NCBI GenBank assembly: GCA_964541155.1
Contig: CAZIPC010000002.1
Span: 71,919-135,918, forward strand
Source of the DNA: an uncultured Flavobacterium sp.
Lineage (GTDB): Bacteria; Bacteroidota; Bacteroidia; B-17B0; Aurantibacillaceae
Direction of reading: 5' to 3'
DNA length: 64,000 nt
Shown here: positions 58,318 to 64,000 of the stretch, one piece after another
How positions within the stretch are numbered: position 1 is the stretch's first letter
How the letters are laid out: every line of letters begins with the position of its first letter
Program-made: the position numbers and the translations under genes
The notes under the pieces: generated by a model
What the model saw: the letters and a program-made list of their open reading frames with translations, nothing else
Database searches by the model: none
What the model was told of the DNA's origin: nothing

Positions 58318-59134
58318 ATGGAAAAAAAGTAGTGTTAATAACGGGAGCCTCTTCAGACATAGAAAAAAAACAGCAAAACTATTAGTTGCAAACGGAAATA
58401 TTATTTATGCGGCAGCTTGTAGATTAGACAAAATGAGTGATCTAAAAGAACATGGAATATAACTTTTAGAAATGGATGTAACCAATGATGAATCAATGGT
58501 TAAGGGAATTCAAAAAATTATAGAGAATGAAAAACGAATTGATGTATTAGTTAACAACGCAGGTTATGGTTCTTATGGGGCTCTAGAGGACGTGCCAATT
58601 TCGGAAGCAAAATACCAGTTTGAGGTAAACATTTTTGGATTGGCATGATTGACTCAATTAGCGCTTCCGAATATGCGAAAACAACTGTCGGGTAAAATCA
58701 TCAACATTTCTTCGATGGGAGTAAAATTTGGTGAACCACACGGAGCCTGGTATCATGCTACCAAATTTACTATTGAGGGACTAAGCGATAGTTTAAGAAT
58801 GGAGTTGAAGCAGTTTAATATTGATGTAGTGATTATTGAACCGGGAGCTATCAAATCGGAGTGGGGAGGAATAGCGAAAGAAAACCTATTGAAAGTATCT
58901 TGAAACACAGATTATAAAAACCTGGCGACAAAACACGCAGCATTAATTGATGAAACATATAGAAGAGTTGGATCAGAACCAATCGTCATAGCTAAAACAA
59001 TTGCTAAAGCAATTAGTTTCAAAAACCCTAAAACAAGATACGCTGTTGGGGGAGGGGCAAAACTATTGTTATTTGTCCGTCGTATTTTACCCGACAAATT
59101 GTTTGACAAAATCTTCTTGAGCCAATTAAAATAA
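58318..59134 (+). pseudogene. short-chain dehydrogenase/reductase (SDR) pseudogene
   Basis: SDR homology is continuous (..VVLITGASS.., NNAG, YHATK, PGAIKSEW). It is broken by -1 shifts in A-runs at 58322-58328 and 58363-58370 and by in-frame stops at 58460 (TAA), 58646 (TGA) and 58901 (TGA). The Gly-rich cofactor motif reads GASSDIE. Confidence 0.8.
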
Positions 59135-59156
59135 TACTCGCTAAATTTGTTAAATC

Positions 59157-59185
59157 AAAGCCTTTCCAAATTGGAGGGGCTTTTT
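59157..59185 (+). terminator. rho-independent terminator after the SDR pseudogene
   Basis: GCCTTTCC / GGAGGGGC stem with two G-U pairs on the plus-strand RNA and a 5-nt loop, followed by TTTTT. Confidence 0.55.
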
Positions 59186-59215
59186 ACTTTAAGCTATACT
59201 ATAAAACCCCAAATA

Positions 59216-59229
59216 GTTTCACGTGCAAC
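59216..59229. repeat. CACGTG-centred palindrome, copy 1 (GTTTCACGTGCAAC)
   Basis: Matches GTTnCACGTGnAAC. Intergenic, downstream of the methyltransferase gene. Confidence 0.6.
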
Positions 59230-59316
59230 TATAAACAATAGAGCCCTCTTTACCAAATATCGTAAACAAAAAGCCACAGAATAAATATTTGGTAGAGGAT
59301 GTTGTGTACTATAAAA

Positions 59317-60201
59317 TTATTTATGTTTAAATATATAAATGGTACTGGAATAAGAGTTATAATCACTTGCCTTTAGATTAGACTTTAAACCAATCCAAAA
59401 AGCTTTAAATAAATTAATAAAGCCTGTCTTGTATTTCTCGCTAAGCATTGAAACGTAGAAGCTATCAAATTTCATTGGCTTTGTATCTATTAATTTAAAA
59501 CCGTTGTTAAATAATAACAAACTCATAGATTTTAAATCGAAATGATGTAAATGCCTAGGTACATCATAAGCTGCCCAAAATTCTTTGTAATAACTAGCAT
59601 CGTAAGACGTGTAATTAGGAACCGCTATAATTAAAACCCCATTCTTACTAAGTTTTGATTTAAAAAAAGAAAGTGTTTCTGACATATCAGTTACGTGTTC
59701 TAAGACATGCCATAAAGTAATTACGTTAACCGTTTCGTCATTAATAAATGTATTTAAATTTTGTTTATTAGAAGAGACGTTTAAATTTTGTTCAATTGCT
59801 ATCTTTCTCGCTTGATCGTCTGGTTCTAATCCAAAAGAATTCCAACCTTTGTCTTTACAGACAGATAAAAACATTCCTGTGCCGCAGCCATAATCTAAAA
59901 CTGTTCCACGTGAAACATAACTAGAAAGTAATTCTGTTTTCTTTTTAAGTGTATGTCTTCTAACTAAGTGGTAAAGTTTATTAATAATACCTTTTTTTGT
60001 ATTTGTGTGAGAAACGTATTCTGCTGCTTTATAATAATTTCCCAATATATTATCATTTGGGCGTGGGTTCGTAAACTTAAATCCACACTCTATACATGAT
60101 ACAATATTAAAGGTATCGTTGCTTACCGTGTGATCTTTACATGCTAAAAAAGGCTCAAATTTATTTGAGCCACAAATCAAACATTTTTCTATTGTTAACA
60201 T
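59317..60201 (-). CDS. class I SAM-dependent methyltransferase with N-terminal zinc-ribbon
   Basis: CLICGS...CIECG Cys pairs. SAM motif I VLDYGCGTGMF. The likely start is ATG 60201 (MLTIEKC...); the ORF-track GTG at 60219 lies inside palindrome copy 3. Confidence 0.75.
   Translation of the reverse strand: MLTIEKCLICGSNKFEPFLACKDHTVSNDTFNIVSCIECGFKFTNPRPNDNILGNYYKAAEYVSHTNTKKGIINKLYHLVRRHTLKKKTELLSSYVSRGTVLDYGCGTGMFLSVCKDKGWNSFGLEPDDQARKIAIEQNLNVSSNKQNLNTFINDETVNVITLWHVLEHVTDMSETLSFFKSKLSKNGVLIIAVPNYTSYDASYYKEFWAAYDVPRHLHHFDLKSMSLLLFNNGFKLIDTKPMKFDSFYVSMLSEKYKTGFINLFKAFWIGLKSNLKASDYNSYSSTIYIFKHK
59903..59916. repeat. CACGTG-centred palindrome, copy 2 (GTTCCACGTGAAAC), inside the methyltransferase coding sequence
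   Basis: Matches GTTnCACGTGnAAC. On the minus strand it encodes VSRGT. Confidence 0.5.
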
Positions 60202-60212
60202 ATTTTTGTTTT

Positions 60213-60226
60213 GTTCCACGTGGAAC
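60213..60226. repeat. CACGTG-centred palindrome, copy 3 (GTTCCACGTGGAAC, perfect 14-bp dyad)
   Basis: Sits in the short gap between the mnmG stop (60235) and the methyltransferase ATG (60201). Confidence 0.6.
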
Positions 60227-60234
60227 CATTATAT

Positions 60235-62130
60235 TTATCTTCCTAAATGAACTAATAAAACAGAAATATCTGCTGGGTTGATTCCTGAAATACGACTCGC
60301 CTGACCAATAGTTGTTGGGCGTAGTTTTGTTAATTTATCCCTAGCCTCTAGAGACAAGCTTGAAACTGCCTTGAAATCGAAATCAGGTTTAATTTTATAA
60401 TTGTCTAGTTTGGCTACTTTTTCAGCATTTTCTTTTTCTCTTTCGATGTAGCCCTCGTATTTCATTAAAATTTCTGCTTGCATAATTGTATCAGAATCTA
60501 AACCCGAAACTTCATTTTCTAAATCCAAGCAATGTTCTGCTAAACCTCCTATAGAAACATCTGGCCTAGATAAAATATTGAAATATCTGATCTTTTGTGT
60601 TAGTGGGGCGGAGCTGATGCTTTCTAAATAGCGATTAGCTTCTCCTGGTTCTGCGCTAGTATTCTTAAAAAAATTGATTAGTTTTTCATAGTTCCGAACC
60701 TTCTCAGAAACCCTTCTCATTCTTTCGTCACCTGCTAAACCAATAGAATGAGATAGGGGTGTTAAACGAACATCCGCATTATCTTGACGTAACAATAAGC
60801 GATATTCTGAACGAGAGGTAAACATTCTATAAGGTTCATCTGTGCCTTTGGTAACTAAGTCATCAATTAAAACGCCTATATAAGCCTCATGACGTTTTAG
60901 TATGAAAGGATTTTTTTCATTAATTTTTAAATGTGCATTTATAGCGGCCATTTGTCCTTGACAAGCCGCCTCTTCGTATCCTGTGGTACCATTAATTTGT
61001 CCAGCAAAATATAATCCCTCTACTAATTTAGTTTCAAGAGTAAGTTGAAGTTGAGTTGGGGGAAAATAATCATATTCGATAGCATAACCAGGACGAAACA
61101 TTTTTGCGTTTTCAAAACCAGGAATTAATTTTAATGCTTTTTGTTGTACATCAACAGGAAGAGATGTAGAAAATCCATTAACATAAATTTCAACAGTATC
61201 CCAGCCTTCTGGCTCTATAAACAACTGATGTCTGTCTCTTTCTGAAAATCGAGTAATTTTATCTTCTATACTTGGACAATATCTTGGTCCCAGGCCTTGG
61301 ATACGACCTGAATACATGGGTGATTTTTCAAATCCTGTTTTTAAAATATCATGTACTTGTTGATTTGTATAAGTTATATGGCAGGGTAGTTGTTTTTTTA
61401 TTGAAATTCCGTTTTTTGAAATAAAGGGAGAAGTATTATCTAAATAAGAAAATTTATCAATAGCTAAATCACCTTCTTGTTCTTCCATTTTAGAATAATC
61501 TAAAGAACGTCCATCTATTCGAGGTGGTGTTCCTGTTTTCATTCTGCCATTTTCAAAACCCAATCTTACAAGTTGTTCTGTTATTCCATAAGAAGCAGAC
61601 TCTCCGCTACGCCCTCCTCCTATCTGCTTTTCTCCCAAATGAATAAGTCCATTTAAAAATGTTCCATTTGTTAGTATAACCGCCTTAGATTTAAATTCTA
61701 ATCCCATTCCAGTTATTACTCCTTCAACTCGCTTACCATCTTTAGAAACTATTAGTTGTCGACACATGTCTTGCCAAAAATCCACATTAGGTGTTTTTTC
61801 AAGCATTTCTCTCCAGGTAGCAGCAAATAACATTCTATCGTTTTGAGTACGAGGACTCCACATTGCGGGGCCTTTTGAACGATTTAACATTCTAAATTGT
61901 ATAGCTGATTTATCAGAAACTATTCCACTATAACCTCCTAATGCATCTATTTCACGAACAATTTGGCCTTTTGCTATACCTCCCATTGCCGGATTGCAAC
62001 TCATTTGAGCAATAGTTTGCATATTCATGGTAAGCAATAATACTCTAGACCCCATGTTTGCCGCCGCCGCCGCCGCCTCGCACCCTGCGTGACCTGCGCC
62101 AACTACTATTATATCATATTCAATAAACAT
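60235..62130 (-). CDS. mnmG: tRNA uridine 5-carboxymethylaminomethyl modification enzyme MnmG (GidA)
   Basis: 631 aa. FAD motif [15 protein letters not shown] and typical GidA blocks ([21 protein letters not shown]). Confidence 0.95.
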   Translation of the reverse strand: MFIEYDIIVVGAGHAGCEAAAAAANMGSRVLLLTMNMQTIAQMSCNPAMGGIAKGQIVREIDALGGYSGIVSDKSAIQFRMLNRSKGPAMWSPRTQNDRMLFAATWREMLEKTPNVDFWQDMCRQLIVSKDGKRVEGVITGMGLEFKSKAVILTNGTFLNGLIHLGEKQIGGGRSGESASYGITEQLVRLGFENGRMKTGTPPRIDGRSLDYSKMEEQEGDLAIDKFSYLDNTSPFISKNGISIKKQLPCHITYTNQQVHDILKTGFEKSPMYSGRIQGLGPRYCPSIEDKITRFSERDRHQLFIEPEGWDTVEIYVNGFSTSLPVDVQQKALKLIPGFENAKMFRPGYAIEYDYFPPTQLQLTLETKLVEGLYFAGQINGTTGYEEAACQGQMAAINAHLKINEKNPFILKRHEAYIGVLIDDLVTKGTDEPYRMFTSRSEYRLLLRQDNADVRLTPLSHSIGLAGDERMRRVSEKVRNYEKLINFFKNTSAEPGEANRYLESISSAPLTQKIRYFNILSRPDVSIGGLAEHCLDLENEVSGLDSDTIMQAEILMKYEGYIEREKENAEKVAKLDNYKIKPDFDFKAVSSLSLEARDKLTKLRPTTIGQASRISGINPADISVLLVHLGR

Positions 62131-62141
62131 TTTGTATATAA

Positions 62142-62918
62142 TTAAATCATGTTTATTTTGGTTAATAATTCTTCCTTGAAGCGACCTCCAATAGGTATTA
62201 GTTTTTTATTTTCCTCTAATATAACTGTTTGATTTTCAATTACTTGTATTTTATCAATGCGGATGATAAAGGATCTATGAGCCCTAATGAAGTCTCCATT
62301 ATATAATTTTTTTTCTATTTCTTTCATCGTAGAATGCACTGTGTACCTGGCATTTTGGGTATTAACAACAACATAATCTTTTAATGCTTCAATAAAGTAA
62401 ATATCTTTTAAATTTAGCTTTATTAACTTGCTGTTAGATTTAATAAATAAAATAGGTTTAGATTCGTCTTTATTTTCAACTAATGAAAATAAATAATCCC
62501 TTTCTCTTTTTATGTCTATATCTTTTTTTGATTTGGAAATAGTTAACTCTATTACTAATTTTAGTTCAATATCTTTTATTGGCTTGAAAATACAAGCATA
62601 TGGCTCTGTATTTATTAATTTAACATTAAAAGACTCTTCTAGAGTGTTATCGAGTAAAAAAATTATAGGTATGTTATAATTTTTTTTTAAAGTTTCTGCA
62701 ACATCAATTCCTGTTAAATTTCCTTTTAAATTAATATCCATTAAAACAACATTTGGTTCTAGTGCGGTTATATTTTTTATTGCATCTAAACCATTATTGC
62801 TCGTTCCTATGATGTTATATCCTAATTTTTTTAAACTTTTTTGAATATTTTTTAACGTATTATTTTCATCTTCAACTATATAAACATTATTATTTTCCAT
62901 AATTTCTTTTTTACTCAT
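62142..62918 (-). CDS. LytR/AlgR (LytTR) family response regulator
   Basis: Receiver domain (VYIVEDE..., VVLMDINL, K in IFKPI). C-terminal LytTR domain ([15 protein letters not shown]...[11 protein letters not shown]). Confidence 0.85.
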   Translation of the reverse strand: MSKKEIMENNNVYIVEDENNTLKNIQKSLKKLGYNIIGTSNNGLDAIKNITALEPNVVLMDINLKGNLTGIDVAETLKKNYNIPIIFLLDNTLEESFNVKLINTEPYACIFKPIKDIELKLVIELTISKSKKDIDIKRERDYLFSLVENKDESKPILFIKSNSKLIKLNLKDIYFIEALKDYVVVNTQNARYTVHSTMKEIEKKLYNGDFIRAHRSFIIRIDKIQVIENQTVILEENKKLIPIGGRFKEELLTKINMI

Positions 62919-63053
62919 TATTTTAAAAATAACTTTTATGCAATCAACGTTTAATTAAACTTTATGTTTAATAGAATTCAAAGTTACGAAGATTATTATG
63001 TTTATTTTGAAGGACGTGTTTTGTTTTGAAGAATTAAGTGTTAATTGGATATT

Positions 63054-64000
63054 TTATTTACTATTTTCAAGAATTATTGTTTTATCTGGTTTTTTATTAT
63101 ACAATGATGAATAATCTCTTAAGCTTTCTTCATAAGTAGGGTTTATTTTTATTCCCTGAAATTTTATTTCTATATCGTTTTCGTAATATATTGTTAAATA
63201 ATTGAAACCAGCTTCGTCATAAAATCTCCAATCTTTTTGTTTAAGGCCTCCTATATAGTTTCCTTGAATCATTTTTTTTCCGTTTTCATAATACCAGGTA
63301 TGAACACCTTCTTCATCTCCATTTATAAAATTTCCTTCGAAACGTAGTTTTTCTTTTGGCATGTAATATCGTTTCCATAAACTATCTGGTTTATCATTTA
63401 TATACTTTCCTATTTCTTTGTATTGTGAATTTTCATAAATCCATAATCCATCTTGCATGTCGTCTATAAAATTACCTTTGGTAATTATTTTACCATCTTC
63501 GGTATATTCTGTCATTATTCCATTTCGTAAATTATCAATATAAAATTCTTGTCTCATTAATGCTTTATTTTCATAATACCAGTTCCACTCTCCTTGTGCC
63601 CTACCTTTTTTATCATATTTTCCTTGTTGTTCTATATTTCCATTAGGGTAGTAAAATATCCATTCTCCTATTCTTTTATCATTATTATAAAAACCTTTTG
63701 CTTTAAATTCACCTGTATTATGGTATTCTGTCCAAACTCCAATTTTATTTCTTAAACTATCTACGGCGCCATAATCTGTTTTTATTCCTTCTAAAAATAT
63801 TATTGCAGAATCTGGTACAGGTATATTTTTACAAATGTTTTTTTTAATCATAACATTACTAGTATCGTCTCTTGCAATTAATAAAGAATCACATTGATAT
63901 TTTTGTTTATAATGGTAATGAATTCCAACTGGTGAATTATTTATATATCCGCCTTCATATTTTAATGTTCCATCCGAATAATACTCTTTATAAACATCTA
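63054..64000 (-). CDS. MORN-repeat variant (YwqK-like) protein, 5'-truncated by the window edge
   Basis: Repeated G.W..YY.NG......G.Y units. The frame stays open from 63851 to base 64000 (..YYSDGTLKYEGGYINNSPVGIHYHY..), so the track Met at 63851 is probably internal. Confidence 0.65.
   Translation of the reverse strand, partial: DVYKEYYSDGTLKYEGGYINNSPVGIHYHYKQKYQCDSLLIARDDTSNVMIKKNICKNIPVPDSAIIFLEGIKTDYGAVDSLRNKIGVWTEYHNTGEFKAKGFYNNDKRIGEWIFYYPNGNIEQQGKYDKKGRAQGEWNWYYENKALMRQEFYIDNLRNGIMTEYTEDGKIITKGNFIDDMQDGLWIYENSQYKEIGKYINDKPDSLWKRYYMPKEKLRFEGNFINGDEEGVHTWYYENGKKMIQGNYIGGLKQKDWRFYDEAGFNYLTIYYENDIEIKFQGIKINPTYEESLRDYSSLYNKKPDKTIILENSK

Noticed and set aside
58460-58903. Possibility that the in-frame TAA/TGA codons in the SDR reflect stop-codon reassignment or selenocysteine
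   Set aside because: TAA and TGA terminate many well-supported genes in this window at the expected protein ends. No SECIS-like structure was evident. The same gene also carries two frameshifts and damaged cofactor-motif glycines.
62060-62077. (GCC)x6 trinucleotide run, unusual for this AT-rich genome
   Set aside because: It encodes the Ala run in the MnmG FAD-binding N-terminus ([11 protein letters not shown]). It is in-frame coding low complexity, not a regulatory microsatellite.
60235-62130. Replication origin near mnmG (gidA)
   Set aside because: I found no cluster of DnaA boxes (TTATCCACA) and no dnaA or dnaN nearby. The only near-matches seen were isolated and inside the exbB and exbD coding sequences.
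1-64000. Search for CRISPR arrays, rRNA or tRNA genes, IS elements, integrases, or defence-system enzymes (nucleases, reverse transcriptases, STAND or AAA ATPases)
   Set aside because: No intergenic gap exceeds about 250 bp, and all gaps are AT-rich promoter or terminator DNA. I saw no spaced direct-repeat arrays, no cloverleaf-like GC-rich 75-nt segment, and no ORF with transposase, integrase or defence motifs. This was by-eye inspection only; tRNAscan-SE, Infernal and PADLOC/DefenseFinder would be the formal checks.

Overview
Dense, low-GC chromosomal segment that looks like Bacteroidota (Flavobacteriia-like). The lineage call rests on T9SS type A and type B C-terminal sorting domains, a PorP/SprF gene, an alternative complex III operon, and TAnnTTTG -7 boxes 10-45 nt upstream of many start codons. 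I call about 51 protein-coding genes, nearly all housekeeping. In window order they are: the 3' end of an ACMSD-like amidohydrolase; actABCDEF (alternative complex III) followed directly by cytochrome oxidase subunits II and I; a GNAT and a VOC protein; an A-type Fe-S carrier plus sufBCDS; a PstS-like lipoprotein and a TPR protein convergent with tonB-exbD-exbD-exbB; a translationally coupled T9SS type-B cargo / PorP-SprF / OmpA-like trio; feoAB; cysQ; enoyl-CoA hydratase and 3-hydroxyanthranilate dioxygenase; a 1543-aa type-B adhesin-like protein; a Wzy-like membrane protein; lepA; rpoN; a DUF420 protein; two tandem paralogous type-A cargo proteins; mfd; a third type-A cargo; fumC; a TetR gene followed by a decayed SDR pseudogene; a SAM methyltransferase; mnmG; a LytTR response regulator; and a MORN-repeat protein that runs off the window. 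By eye I found no rRNA, tRNA, CRISPR array, transposase, integrase, or defence-type enzyme genes. I do not see a convincing novel multi-gene system. The most unusual items are: (1) an SDR pseudogene with five inactivating lesions behind an intact TetR gene that is bracketed by two copies of a 20-bp operator-like motif; (2) a GTTnCACGTGnAAC palindrome present three times within 1 kb around the methyltransferase; (3) uncharacterised T9SS cargo genes, namely an orphan giant type-B protein and a tandem type-A pair; (4) an ActA with an extra monohaem domain, and His-rich termini on several respiratory subunits. All functional calls come from motif recognition by eye, without database searches.
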